A DNA stretch of 64,000 bases, from NCBI RefSeq assembly GCF_006345805.1, contig NC_043008.1:25234001-25298000 (forward strand), given 5' to 3'. Both the position numbers and the translations under genes were made by a program. Of this stretch, positions 12,534 to 27,346 are shown piece after piece. Source of the stretch: Octopus sinensis (lineage: Eukaryota). The notes under the pieces are model-generated. The model did no database searches. It saw nothing but the letters and a program-made list of their open reading frames with translations, and was not told the DNA's origin. The first letter of the stretch is position 1; every line of letters begins with the position of its first letter.

Positions 12534-12878
12534 TATACATACATATATAGACACACGCACACAAACGAGTGTGTATTTGTATATGTAGAGGTATGTTTGT
12601 ATGAGTATCTATGATCCCATTCGTACATATTTCCCCTTCAAGCAAGTAGAACTAATTTCCTGTTGAATCTCTTCCACACCATTATAATTCAACTTTATTC
12701 CAATAAAGTCAGTATAGCATAGCCCTAGCTGAGAGGCAAGCTTCTATTTATTTCAGTAAACATTGTGGAATTTTCTCACATACTTTTCTTCATCATTCTC
12801 TCCACATCACTCACTCTAATCATAGGTATCTTTCTTTCTCTCTCCCTTCACTTTGCAGTTTTGCTCTATCTCTCTCTC

Positions 12879-12927
<49 letters not shown>

Positions 12928-13040
12928 GTCTTTCTTATATTTTGTAGCTATATTAAAATCTATCTTTCACTCTTTTATTCCCTTCTCCATGTTCTTTTCC
13001 TTTTGCTATTCATCTTACCCTTTTACACACGACACAATGT

Positions 13041-13076
<36 letters not shown>

Positions 13077-13494
13077 TCACTATTTTGTATCTTCATCATG
13101 TACCTTCCTTTTACCATTTTCTGCTTTTTCTTCTTATCATTTTCTTCTCAGTATTTTTCCATTTTTTTCTTATTTAAAATATTCTCTTTTCCTATCTATC
13201 TGCTTTTCTCCTTATCACTCCTTCATCTTCTCTTTCATTATTTCAATGACACTTCTTACTTTTACTCATTGGCGTAACTAAGTATACACTTGCTGTTGTC
13301 TCTTTTCTTACTTATTTTAATCAATAATAAAGAAAATAAAGCCAAATAAAAATATTAAGAAACCCCTTAGTTGTTGTCAGATGCCTACTGGTATATAATT
13401 TTTACAGCACATCAGGCCAATCAAATTAATATGTGTTACTTTACTGAGGCCATCAAACTTTATCAATAATACCACTTTATGTGAACACTACTTT

Positions 13495-13561
13495 CAAACA
13501 TATATATATACATATATACATAAATATATATATATATACATATATACATATATACATATAT

Positions 13562-13643
<82 letters not shown>

Positions 13644-13660
13644 CATATATATATATATAG
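13495..13660. repeat. (TA)n/(TACA)n microsatellite
   Basis: Directly visible. Confidence 0.95.
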
Positions 13661-15060
13661 TGACATGTTTTTCATTTTCTATGACATATGTACCACTAGG
13701 CCATCTTTATTGATCTGAGAAAGTCTTACTCATTGATATGTTCAAATGTCACATCAAGCACCAACTATTCTGTAACTTATTCCTTTTGCATAGGTAGTCA
13801 GCTGAATCAGTCACCATCTTTGGATATCTACTGAACTCTGGTCTATTGTCTTCTTAGTACTACTGTCTAGCCTGTCTGACTTTAAACATATACATTTTAT
13901 TCATTTATTCATACATATGTCATGTTCTGAATGCAAAATCTTTGCACAGAATAGATACCCTTTACTTCTAAAATGGGTTTATATTCCATTGTTAAATTTA
14001 ATGTGTTTTACATTTATTTTACTTAATATTTATTTATCTGCCTTAGCAAGTAGTAGTTTCAATGACAATATAAATTATATTCATATATCTGTCCATATAT
14101 ATGAATATATATATGGATATTTTTATGATATTTTATTTTCTGTTTCTTTCTTTTCTTTACAATAATACTACTAAACATCAATAAATTAGCTCTTCTAGCA
14201 AAACATGTAGATGAATGTCTCTATGCAATGTAGCGTATAGTTGAAGTAGAAGTTAGTGATATGGCTACTGCTTCTATTGTTGCTGTTGCTTTTAAGAAAC
14301 CTCTCTTAGTTTCGTTGTTTTGGATAGACATGCTGCTCCAGTATCCTGAGCTCTGTTTCAGTCTTTTCCAGGACCTGGTTTCTGCTCAACTGTAAGCCGT
14401 GGCTTTAGCAGTAGAATTTAAAAAATGATTTATTGACTTGGAGACAGAAACGTTTGCAATGCACTGATGCCCTATAACTGTAGAGGTTTGCCCTCATTTG
14501 TTGCAGGCAATAGAAATAAAAGTACTGATTCCAACAGATTATTGTCATTCATAAAAATACAGAAATGTGAGAAAAATTTTGAAGCCATTATGGGCAATAT
14601 ATTCTATTAGAAGTATTTGTTTGATTACCTTTAGAGATGTGAAACTATTTTATCATTATGGAAAAATTTAGTATACAGAATTATCAGATATCAAACCAAC
14701 TAACAGAATATTTCATAAGTTCTTCTACTGGTGTTTCAATTTAAAAGTTTAAACGTAATCAGAATTTTTCTAAAACTGGATGACTTACCTACTGTTTTTT
14801 CAGTGTCCACTTTCCCCATAAACTATACACTTTTTACTTTTTGCTGAACATGAGCCACTCTGATGAACCTTTTCTTTCTCATACCCATATTTGTCACAGG
14901 TAACCCTCTTGTGGGTCTTACAAAGAATTTTAACATAATGTACAGAGTCCATTTGCAACATACTGGCCACTTGTTTGTCAGTTGAATGCTTTTGAACACA
15001 CCTCAAATAAACTATGTAAACAGAGTTCACCAAAGAAGACAAAGAGTTAGGCATCGAAAT

Positions 15061-15400
15061 TCAAGGTCTGAGATTATTGGCTAAAAGGAGGGCTGAGGAC
15101 TTGATGGGGATACTAGGCTTGGAGGAATTGGTGGAACAGTTGGCAAGGGTGAATGGTGTGTGGTGGTATGGAATGTGTTGAGAAGGAATGAGGATCATGT
15201 TCTGAGGAGAGTGCTTGAGTGAATGAACCACGAAAGGTTGACCAAAGAAAGCGTGGAGGGGACAAGTAGAGGAGGATATTGGGAAGGTTGGCTTGAGGAA
15301 GGAGGATGCCCAAAATCGGGTGAGATGGTGTGAGAGCGGTTGCTGTAGGAATGAAGTAGATCCAGCCAGCTCCGTTAAAAGGGACAAACCTGGATTCAAA
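15061..15400 (+). mobile_element. RTE-like LINE 3' end
   Basis: Translation EDLMGILGLEE...NGVWWYG.VLRRNEDHVLRRVL...EEDIGKVGLRKEDAQNRVRW matches the RTE C-terminal RW.GHV.R region. Confidence 0.75.
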
Positions 15401-15932
15401 ATATTTGAAAAAAAGAAGAGATTACTGTTTTATTTTTGCAGATTCAGAATCCCCACTGTCGAAAAAGTGGGTTTCTGTAGAAAAAAAAAATGGAAAGTGA
15501 GTGCGGTCCATGTCCTTTACCTTCACCTTCATTTTTGCCGTAAGGTGATAAATAAAAAGTTAAAAGCTTTTAAACTTTGTAAATTTTGGGTAAATTTAGC
15601 CAATCAAAAACCAGATATATTGGTGCCTGTTTTCATAGTAACAAGCAAAGCTGTAGTCTCCTATCCAAACTGCCATCACCATGTGTATGTTCTTTTAGAC
15701 TATGTAATTTCTTTGATAACAAGCTGAACTCTAAGCCTAAATTCTCCCCGAAAATCCTAACGTACAGTTTATCTTTTTTTTTGTAATTTTTTGCAAAAAT
15801 GTTGCACTGTTTTTTTCTTTTTTAAACGATTGACTGTTTCATATGACTTTATTCATTAAAACTTATAAAAACTTCATACAAATTTCATCATCATAATATT
15901 TTTACTTTCATTTTGTAATAGCTATCATGCAG

Positions 15933-16250
15933 AAAATGCCAGCTTCCAAATCTTGTTTTCAGAATGGGTTAAAATTATCAAACTTCTGTTACAGTTTTCA
16001 AATGATTTTTTAGAATAAGTGAATCCCAAAGACGGACTCAGCATGAAAAATTACATCAATATACTGTTTGGCTCACACTTTTTTAAATTGAAAATTAAGT
16101 GGAAATTTTCAAATTTGGTATATTGATGTAATTTTTCCTGCTGAATCTGATGTTATTCACTTGTTCCAGAAAAATGTTTTAAATGTTACAGAATTTAAAG
16201 TTGTATTAGTTTTACCCAATTAGAAAACAAGACTTGGAAGCTGGCATTTT
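15933..16250. mobile_element. Palindromic MITE
   Basis: aaaatgccagcttccaaatcttgttttc pairs with gaaaacaagacttggaagctggcatttt; inner aaaaattacatcaatata pairs with tatattgatgtaattttt. Confidence 0.75.
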
Positions 16251-19200
16251 GTGTGCATGTGTATGTACACATACATACACTAACAAATAAACTATGTTAA
16301 TATGATGGCTGTGATGCTTGAGATTTAAGTTACCTGTTCTTTTAACATATTGCTAAATGGCAGATCTCACCAAATCTATTCTTTGAAATTATTACATTCT
16401 AACTTTGAGCAATATGCTCACTGAACAACTGAATGATTTATAAATAGTTTCAATTTGCCATCTACAAGAAAACTAATGATGTAAGAGCTTAATACTAAAT
16501 TGATATGAAATAACAGCAATTTAAATAAAATATGATGTGAAAGAGCATCAATTATTGTGAAAACAAAGTTCACAATAGTGTCCATAATAATTATTAAACT
16601 TTTGAGTAGCACTTGGAGAAGCTCTGTTAGCAAATTCTACAGAAGCTAATGAGATGAATTTAAAGATATAGCAACTTTGACAACAATCGTATTTTCATTG
16701 TTACATGTTGTTTCAGACATATATTTTCTGAATTTGTCTTTACTATATCTGAATCCTTGAGCTCATATTTATTCTTCTGATCCCTTGCAATAAACTATAC
16801 TGATAACGTGTATGAATGTCCATTTGACTATAATATGAATTAATGGCTGATGTGCAAAATGCCACATGCAAGAAGTTTTTAATTGAAAGTACTCTTTTAG
16901 ATGGAAAGAGAAAACAAAAGCTTACAAGAGTTTGAGAGTTTGTACATCTTAAGCAAAAGAGGAAATAACTTCAAGAAATTGAAAATTAATTTCTCAAATC
17001 TAATGTACATACTTAGGGGAAAGAAAGACTTATTTTTGGTTACAGGCAAGGGATAACTTTGGACATGTTTTAGTCTGTTAGACATCATCAACATTGCACA
17101 GTTTAGCACAGTATAACCAAACTTGCTGGTCAATTAACAGAATTTTACATACAAATAAAATGTGCAAAGGAAAATAACTGGAATAACCAATGGTTTGAAT
17201 TTTGATAATCAATTTAAAGGATTGTGTACAAAATGTTGTTTGCAAAAATGTCTAATTGAAATTTTCCTATTCCTTGGTTTGACTCTGCTATGCTGAGAAG
17301 GTCTAATAAAGTATAACTAGAGTTGTGCCTTCCTTACAAATGAAGATCAGACTTTCATTGCCCTAAGCGTGTAAACTTTGAGAGATTATTCTTAACTTTT
17401 TGAAATTATCAGCCTCCTAACAAATGCCACTAATGTTTTTTTTCTGTTACTGCAATTAAGAGAAAATTTCAATTAATTAGGAATTTTTTTGTGTACAGTA
17501 TTCAGTACATCAGCCTTTAACTTGATTATCCAAATTTATGCCATTGGCCTATTTGAGTTATTTGATTTATTTTTCTTTGAATATTACAAAGTCAATATTC
17601 TCATCGGTTGTGATGAATGGATTTTTCAATCTTTAACATTCATTATCCAGTGCCAATATTGATAAAATAGATTTTGGTGAAACTGGGCATTTGCATATTG
17701 CTGCAGCAATTAATTTTACTGATGCACATTCAATTTACAAGCTTTGAAACAAGAGTGAATCATGTCAATCAAGTTAAATACAGTTTCAGTCCCACTGCAC
17801 AGAACTTTGGACAAGTGTCTTCTAAAATGACCCCATGACAATAAAACCTAGTGAGTGCATATAGTAGATGGTAACTGAGAGAAACCCAATATATATATAT
17901 ATATGTGCATAGATATGTGAATGTGTAAGTGTGTGTGTTTCTGTATCCTTGTCTCAACATCATACACTGATTATAATCAAAAGTCCCCACCATAGATGTG
18001 GTGGTGTTTATTTGTAATCTGTGAAATCATTTTCAAAGGAATAATAGAAATAAAAACTTGCTTGAAAACAGGTGAAGTTTGATAACAGGAACAGCATATG
18101 CTGATAAAAAAAATCTACCTTGCTGAATTTTGTCTGACCTATGCTATCATAGAAATGTATGTTAAAATGATGATGACGATAACGAAGATGACAGTGTTAC
18201 CACTGCCAATGCTGAAGCTGACAATATCAAATCTAGGGGCACCAAACAATGGCTATGGTACACAGCCATACACATGTACTTTTAATCATTTATGCATGCA
18301 TTTGTACAGTAGTACAGGTCAAGTGCCATAGAATAAAAATCATAGTTTCAGAGCAAAGAGCTGCTGTCTTGTTCCATCACTTCTTTCAAGTCTGTTACTG
18401 GATGAACAAGGTTTTCTTCACTTATCTCTTGCTATATATTTCTGTCTTTCAAATTCTCTGTACTTGTCTAGGTTTCAGAGAATGGGTTCAATAACTACCT
18501 TACACTCCACAAGTTTGGTTGTTTGTTCCATATCAAGATCTTTATATACCCAGCTTCTCAAATGACCAGAAGTTGCATTGGTCCATTTTCTCTAACTTTG
18601 TATCTCTTCATATGTGATAGGGGACTATCCAGATTCTGGAAATGCCTTAGATTTTCCACTGTCGGTCAAGGTACTCAAATAGTTAACCAAATATCTACTT
18701 GTTGTTACAAAAGCTTTGTGTTACTTCTGTTGAAAAATAGCCCATGTTTTCATATGTCATTTTAAATCTTGGTAAGTGTCTATAGTTCTCCTGCTGAAGT
18801 CACGCTAACTGTGACATCATTTACATATTGAAATTCAAATGCTGATGCTTTATTTTAGCACTGAGTCTATTAGAGTTGAAAAGCTTGCATCAATACAGTA
18901 TGGTATCTAGGTACCAAGTTCTAGAGCAGAGTTGAGTGGAAGCAAGAAATCTTGATTATATGACATCATTTTTGATAGTCTGACTATTCTGTGTGAATTC
19001 CAGACCATTGGTCCCCTAAACAATACATCAATGAAGGAAAGGATATGCAAAGGAAAACATAGCAAGAGATTCATGAAATATATTTTAAAAAGTGTAGCAG
19101 CAGTTGTTGGCAAAGAGACCAACACAAGTGGAGATAGATAGATCATCTGTGATGGAGCACAATCATCCTCATTTGTCTGTTAACATAAATAGACAACAAA

Positions 19201-20799
19201 GTCCTAGGTATATGAATGTACAACTAAGATATCATTGTCAGTTGTATCAGTTTCATTTAATTTCCACAATTAATACCTTTCTATTTCTACACTTGAATGA
19301 GAGCCTATGCACAATTTCTCAACTTACTAGAAATAGCTGTTAAACTCTTTCAAATAACACTCTTGGAAATTTATATTGTTGTACTCTTTTACACAAAAGA
19401 CCAAAGACACAAAAGGCTTGGAATATTTCTTCTACTTAATCAGAGCAGACCTGAAACTAAATAACAGTCCTGAAGCCAATAGGAACAATCCTGTATTGGC
19501 AAGAACTTGTGATTATGAAAAGTAAGACAATAGAAACTATTCTTGCACTTGTACCCAATACTTTTGTATACATAATGTAATTTCCTGTTACTGCTGTTAG
19601 TAACTGGCTCCAAACTGTCTGTCATGAATTAATATCAAACTCAAGGCATTGATAAAATAATGATGACCAAGATAGAAACAATAAATTATCAAAACGCAAT
19701 GAACTTGTTAATTTCCTTTTTCAGTTCTAATGAAGCATCTCTGATTGTTTGACACTGAATTTTCAGTTATTTTAATATTAAAATAGTTTCTCTTAATTTC
19801 TGTAATTGCTTTTTTAAATATTTGATTTTGGAAATCTTGATTGCTGATAACTTAAATGATAACCAAATTATTTTATTATCGTAAATTTTATTTATTGTTC
19901 ATAACTCATTGAAAATTTTCTTATCTGTTGTTCAGGTTTTATCTATAGAAGTGAGCAGCTTATATTTTTTGTGTAAATGATATAAAAATAAAAATGAAAA
20001 ATACATATCCAAAAAATTAAATAACATTCATTGTTTATGCAAAAATGCTTTGTCATTAAAATATAGGGAAATGTGTGTGGTTATCAATAAATTTTTTGTA
20101 GTTATGTTGTTAATAAGAAACTATTATTGCAAAAATAGATTGTATTTATAATCCTGGATACAGGATGTTGTTTCATGCTGTCCTTACCACTATTGGGTTC
20201 CATCAAATGAAATACCATGTAAATGTTCAGCTACATGTAAAACCTACATTAAAGAAAACAAATTCCTTACAGAAACAACATATGTATCTTTATTGTGTGA
20301 CCATCTGATTATGAAGCATGTCATTGTCATGCAAAGCATTTCCTGTATTTTGAGAATAAAACAATAATACTATGTCTTAATATTGTTTAGGAAAAACGTC
20401 TTTGTTTACTCCTTTGTTTTCACTAACATCATTGTGAGTTATGCTATTGCTATTGACATTAATTTCATTTAGTGAAGGGATATTATCACTCATCAATTGA
20501 TGCACGCTAGTCTTCTGATTTTATTTTAAAATACCATATTTTATTTTCCTCATCACTCTCAGAACAGTTTCTAATTTCATGATTATGTACCAAAGCACTA
20601 GTCATTCTTTATCAACAATGTTGTATTTCTGGCCCTCTATATAAGATATTGAGTTTCGGGTGTAATTGCACTAGATTTAGAAACTTACCACAGAGAAACA
20701 TCAGTAACAAGAAATACTGTTCAAGGTATTTGTATCTTATATTCCTTCGATGTAGAAGGTTTTGCCTTTCTTCCAGTAAGCGGAATTGACTGCTACCAT

Positions 20800-22700
20800 A
20801 GTATAAATGAAAAAATGGGTATCAAAGAGTTCCAAATTGTTTAGAAAAGTATTTAACTCTTATTTCCAGTACCATCCTTTCAAATTTACCAGTAAATAAT
20901 GGATGGTATGGTGGGATATTAAAGAGTTTGCACCCTACCTTCTTTAACTACTCTAGTGATCTTCCAAGACAATTCTGCAGCATTATTAGAAAACAACATA
21001 TGTGGAACTCTAGTTTTTACAAAGCAGTTCTCAAAACATTGATCATTGTTTTAGCAGAATTGTCATTAACTTCAATGACTTCTGGTGAACTAAAAAAGTG
21101 CATCAACAAGTATGAGTAACAAATCACCATCAGAAATATAACCACGGTCCACATATGCATGTGAATAGGTCTTCTCAGTAACTCTTGCTATGGGTTTAAT
21201 CCGGCAACATTCAAAATAACTTTTAATATCATTATGTTACCCAGGACACCATGCTTCTAATTGCAGTTTATTTCTAATTACTGTAGTTCCAAAATGGAAG
21301 TGTAGCAGAAAGTATGGATAAAAAATTGTTGGATGGATAAAAAATTAGTGTATGGATAAAAAAATATATTATAAAAAATTGTTGCAAGATGGTCGGTACA
21401 ACATCTCCATTGAAAACTATCTCATCATCAACAGTGAGTCATTATCTAACTGCTGTAAAGGATCTTTTGTACTGAGCAATTATTCTATCTATTCATTTAG
21501 AGTACATCATTCTTTATTTCAGTTTGTAATTCTTGTATTTTCAGCTCATCTGTTTCTACCCAAAGAATATATTATGTCTGCATTACACTGGCTTCATTGG
21601 TTCAATTATCATTATTCTTAATATAGCATCCATCTGGGGAATTGTACTGCTTTTTGAACAAAGAATATTAGAGTTAAAAGTAGACAGATGGATTGCCCAA
21701 CTGTAACATAATAACAGATATTGCTTTAGACACCTCTCTTCTGGGATTGTATGTGAATTCTAAAGTCTTATTATCAGTTTGCAAGAACAATTTTATCCTA
21801 GGACAAGCTCTTTAATTAATCTGGTCAATCAACAAAGCCTCTCAGAGGTACTGAGACAGTTCACCAAATATTGAATATCGACTTGTATCTTCAGTAACTA
21901 CAACCCTTTTGTTGTATCCAATATCCATAATATGGGTGGTTCAGCCAAATCTTTCTTCAATGATTCAGCAATGTTGGTGTCTTGCTTCTTTCACAAAAAC
22001 TTAGAGTACTTTCATCATAGGTTTCAAAGTATAGATTTTCTTCAGAGGATATAGAAATAAGCTGACCATAAAAATGTGTCATTTTAAAAATAAGTCCAAT
22101 ACTTTGCTGCTGTCTGAGACTTTTAGGTGTAATATCTTCTGTACTAATATAATGACTGTTTGAATACCATGTTTGACATTTTATATGCTAGAAAGGTCAA
22201 TTTTTCCACTTGAAAGATGGCACTTTTCTTTTCCTTAACCATATCATAAGAGGAATGTCACTGTAAAAAGGCTTTTACTTTGTGTTCAAGGTGCCACCAC
22301 TAAGACATATCAAATCTTGATAAAATCATTTTAATGATAAAAGCTTCAAATAAAATGTCCATAGCACATTGAAATATAGCATTTGTTGTTTTTATATAAT
22401 ATGACAAACATTTCCATTTCAGTAATTCAAGAGGAATATTCACTTGTTAGTTTCTGTGCTTCATCAAAAATTTGAATTCAGTGAGCCATGCAAAAATTAA
22501 TCTTTGCAAAATATTTCATATTTGCCATCTTATGTAATGCTGTTTTAATGTTTGATGAAGAGTACGCATTGGAAAATGTATTCGAATTTACTCTTGTCTT
22601 GTAGTCTGTACAAATATGTCAACTACTATTGGGCTTGCATACAGTAACCTACAATGAAATCCACTTTTACTTCAATATTTAGTGTTTCCATTAATTTTGT
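20800..22700 (-). pseudogene. Highly decayed Ty3/gypsy pol (RT-RNase H-integrase)
   Basis: Minus-strand motifs in gypsy order. RT: YASPIVV, ICTDYKTRVN, YFAKIN, NAIFQCAMDIL, FYQDLI. RNase H: LKKDLAEPPIL, EDTSRYSIFGELSQ, IPQMDAILR. Integrase: LILVDALF, IPPYHPLFTGKFERMVL (20867-20917). Confidence 0.8.
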
Positions 22701-25170
22701 TCCAACAAGGGAATATATGTATAGTAAGTTGTCTAGATTCATAATATGCCAATTAAACATTATCCTTTAATATGATTCTTGGTTTAAACTTTTATCAACT
22801 TCAACTTCATGCACTTTCTCAGATATCATGTCTTTCTTGACAGCCTGAAAATTGTCATTCATTTTAAACATTGATAGTCTTCCCAGAAGTAAAACATTCT
22901 CAAATTGTGGTTATAACTACAAATCTTACAGGTTACCTTTTTCTTATGGTTCTTGGCTTCATGTAACACTGACAACTATTTTTCATGCGACCATTATTAT
23001 GACTTGTAACTAGTAGAAGACACTTGTACAAGGTATGACACAGTGGGACTGAAGCTAAATCCACGTAGTTGGGAAGCAACCATCTTAACCACATAGCCAT
23101 CCTTGTACCTGTGTGTGTGTGTGTACGAGTATAAAATTCACACACCCATTTTTAAAGTGAGAGAGGGTGAGAGGGGTTTTTTTTAACCTTAGCCAAGAAT
23201 TGCATATGTTTGTGTTAATTTCCTATTTTTCCACTACCATGATATTTTTTCTTTAATAAGAAAGAAAAAATGACACTTTAAAAATTTCAAGATATGCTTG
23301 AAATAAAGATTTTTTTATTTACAATTTATGTAAATTTTTTCTTATATAATTTCAATGGTTTTTCAAATTCAGGTAATTACATTTTAGTATAATATGGCTA
23401 TGTCTATTAAACTGTCACTACCATACCAAGTTGCTGCAGTTGTTGCTTAACGCTAAGTCATGCCTAATTAAGCTGGCCTCAGTTCAAAGGCATTCAAGCC
23501 ATAACAATCCATATTCTCTTTTACCAGACACTATGCATCTAGAACCAGCTTCTTTTGAGACAGCATGGTGAGATTTGATGGCAATTTGGCAGTTGCTTCT
23601 AAGAGGTCTAATGAACCCCATATACGCCAGCCCTCTTGCCTGTTTCCTCAAGTATGTTGGTAGTGGTGAGTAATACAAAGCTGCTCTTATGACTGCAACT
23701 GTTTCTCAAGCTAGTCATAATCATATATTTCTAGGTTTCTCTAATTTTGTACTTTAATTGTTAACTCATTAATTTGATTATGTGCTTGAGTTTTAATTAC
23801 TAATTTCAATTGTTTTGCATCACTTATATTTGTAGGATATTTGAGAATTTTGAAACTGGTGAGATATTGAAAATCATATTTCAATGTATAACAGACTGGA
23901 AAGACAACATGCGCAATCAAGAATATCTTTTAGTGATAATCAAGTGGTACTTCTTACCTGGGGATTTCATTAACATTGTAATTTGAAAATATTTCGTCAA
24001 AAATTAGCAGTATAGGGAAAAGATTAGCTGTTAGTATGATGTCTAATCAAGTCTCAATTCTCACACATGCATTTCATTATTGATGCTTTGGAGAAGCATG
24101 CTTGTCACAACTTCATATTGCATTATATAACATTTTCTTTTCTATAAAGAGATCAAAGTTTGGTGCATTCCAAGTCAATCCAGTGAATGGATTGTAAATA
24201 TATAACTTCAATGAGGTTAACTTTTAAAACAAAGCTTTTACATTTTGAGGTGGATTTTGATAATAATGCTCAATGCTATTTTTAGTAGGCTGAGAGGATG
24301 TATAGAGGTTCACTCATTGGATAACAACAACAACAACAAAGTCTTCACTAGTTCTCTGATGACCCTATGTCAGCATTGCTATTATTATCTTGTGGCACCA
24401 CAGCTCTAGTAGTATTCTTATCTCTTGTAACTTTAAATTTCAAATTGAATTACATTTACTTAGATCAATCCCTTTATGGTTCTCTTAGATTAATTCCATC
24501 TCCTCTGTTCTTACTGCCATCAACATTGCTAAACTAACAACAGCATTCAAGTGAAGTATCATAAAAAATTCCTAAGTGTTAATACATTTTACATACAACT
24601 ATCTTGTTAAATATCTAGAAAGATACCAGGTTGCTTAGAAACAAAGTGATAAAATTTGATTGCCTTTATCATATTCTGTATAAAAGTAAAAATTCTCCTT
24701 TATATCAGGGAATCAAGGAATATCTGGTGTAAAATTTAATTAGCAATTAAAAAGTATTCAGCTTTAGAAGTTCTCTGCCTAACAGAGATAAAATTAGTTT
24801 CTGAAAACTAACAATTTCTACATGAAGTATTGGGATATATTTTTAATTTTTTCTTTGTGAGGATAAATCAATAGACGTAGAGAATTGATTTTTCTTTTAA
24901 GCAAATGCCTTTATGTATTAGTGAAATTTTTGGGTGAATAAAATGACTTTAGAAACGAAATGATGATGGAGGTACAATATATTAAAATTTTTGATAATAT
25001 TAAAAACTTTCAGTGCTTTGACCTGCTTCAATTTAATGTTGTTTATGTTTTGACCTACCAGATACAAAATGAGGTCATAGATCTTAGTCTATGATTTTAC
25101 ATTCCAGTTATTAATTTTTTTTCATGCAAAATCATGAATTTTCATAACCTACATTTTACTCTGTTTTGTT

Positions 25171-25221
<51 letters not shown>

Positions 25222-25616
25222 ATGTGCGTGCTCGTATGTGTGTTTATGTTGTTGGTATGGGAGGGCATGGATTTTTAAATCTTTTTTTATTGATATGGTC
25301 TTCATCAGTTCTTGAGATGCATTTAGTTTCACGAAATTGGCTTTAAATACATTAAAACATAAAAAGGATAATGAATATGTAGGAACTGGTGCTGGTTGAA
25401 AAATCTCTTTCCTCTCAGAAGAAGGTCAATACCAAAAAAATTCTGTTTTCCTCTGCCTTTCTCTCATCAACTCCTTTGCCTTTTTCTTTCATGCTCCCTA
25501 CTTGAAATGATGAAGAAAGCAATTAATTCACTGCCTTTTTTTCTTTTCTTGATAAGCAAACATGATCTTATTCTACTTAAATGTCTTAAATAATATTGAT
25601 TGTTTATGATTTATAC

Positions 25617-26068
25617 TAATCAAATCAAATCAAAATAGATGAACATCAATGGAATTTGTATCCTTGTGGTACCAGTGCCGGTGGCACATAAGAAAACCAT
25701 CCGAACGGGGCCGTAGCCAGTACCGCATCGACTGGCCTCCGTGCTGTGGGCACGTAACAAACACCATCCAATTGTGGCCGTTCGCCCGCCTCGTCTGGCA
25801 CCTGTGTCGGTGGCACATAAGAAAACACCGAAAACACCATCTGAGCGTGGCCGTCTGCCAGCCTCGTCTGGCACCTGTGTTGGTGGCACATAAAATCACC
25901 CACTACACTCTCGGAGTGGTTGGCGTTAGGAAGGGCATCCAGCTGTAGAAACACTGCCAGATCTGACTGGCCTGGTGCAGCCTTCGGGCTTGCCAGACCC
26001 CAGTTGAACCGTCCAACCCATGCTAGCATGGATAGTGGACGTTAAACGATGATGATGATGATGATGAC
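25617..26068 (+). mobile_element. RTE-LINE-type 3' UTR with internal tandem repeats and (GAT)n tail
   Basis: Three ggtggcacata(a) units, then cactctcggagtggttggcgttaggaagggcatccagc...catgctagcatgga...(gat)n. Confidence 0.7.
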
Positions 26069-26210
26069 TAAGATATGAAGGAATGGGAAATAGAAAAAAT
26101 ATTGAGTACTATGAAGATTGTAAAAATTATCAGTAATAAATTTTATAATTTACAAAAAAAAAGTAAGCCATGCATTGCATACATATACCCTTTGCCCTGA
26201 TATATATACA

Positions 26211-26302
26211 GGTGCAGGAGTGACTGTGTGGTAAATAGCTTGCTTACCAACCACATGGTTCTGGGTTCAGTCCCCCTGCATGGCACCTTGGGCAAGTGTT
26301 TT
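26211..26302 (+). mobile_element. tRNA-SINE head
   Basis: Same head as 6068-6237, in the opposite orientation. Confidence 0.8.
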
Positions 26303-27150
26303 CAGATAGAGACTGTCAGACTCATATGCAAATTGTTAGAAAGGATCACAAAAGTACAGCTCCACAAATTACTGCAGAGCTTAATGACCACCTCAAGAAC
26401 CCAGTTTCCACAAAAACAGTTCACCGGGAGCTGCACAAAGTCAGATTTCATGGGAGGGCTGCAATCAGAAAACCACTACTTTAAAAAACAAATGTTGCAA
26501 AGCATTTAGAGTGGAGTCAAAACCTACAGAATTGGTGCCTAGAGCAGTGGAAGAATATGATTTTCTCAGATGAGTCATCTTTTACCTTATTTCCGACTAC
26601 TGGCCAAGTATACATGTGAAGACAGCTGAAAGAAGCATTTGACCCAGACTGCTTTCTTCCAACATGGAGGAGGATCTGTGATGATCTGGGGGCGGGGTGG
26701 GGCTATATCTTGGAAATCCACTGGCTCAATGGTTTCCTTCATGGCATAATTGATAGTCAAGACTATTTAAGCATTTTATCTGATCAAATTCATCCTATAG
26801 TTGCAGAACTGTTTCCAGAAGGAAACGCAATATTTCAGGATTATAATGAACCAATTTACACAGCTAAAGTTTTTACTGAATGGCACAAGGAACATTCTGG
26901 TGACATTGAACATCTTATCTAGCCACCACAGTCCCAAGATCTCACTATTATTGAACATTTATGGTGCATTTTAGAAAAACAAGTAAGGAGTCAATATCCT
27001 CCACCATCAGCACTACAAGAACTGGAGACTGTTTTAGCTGAAGAATTCTGTTGGAAACAATTCAAACTTTGTATGAATCCATACCTCATAGAATTCAAGC
27101 TGTAATTACTGCCAAAGGCAGTCCTACCCCATATGAAAATAAATTTGTTT
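26303..27150 (+). mobile_element. Tc1-family transposase remnant (DD34E region)
   Basis: Near-identical to 6650-7100. WKNMIFSDESSFTLFPTTGQVY, GNAIFQDYNEPIYTAK and PPQSQDLTIIEHLW are visible. Confidence 0.9.
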
Positions 27151-27272
27151 GATTATTTACATTATTTACAATTGACAGATATTTATCCTCTTCTTGTTTG
27201 TTGTTAACACAACATTATCAGGTGTCTTGGGGAAATTTCGAACCTGGGTTCTTATTCCTAAATTATTTTTTG

Positions 27273-27346
<74 letters not shown>

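Noticed and set aside
14789-15054. Minus-strand exon ending at a gtaagt donor
   Set aside because: All three frames hit stops before the donor.
16890-19350. Old LINE RT-like frames (e.g. PITYEEI near 18620)
   Set aside because: Too decayed to assign a class or boundaries without a profile search.
27038-27058. CTGAAGA...GAAA as a hammerhead
   Set aside because: Lies in deleted Tc1 coding sequence; no stem II or stem I pairing.
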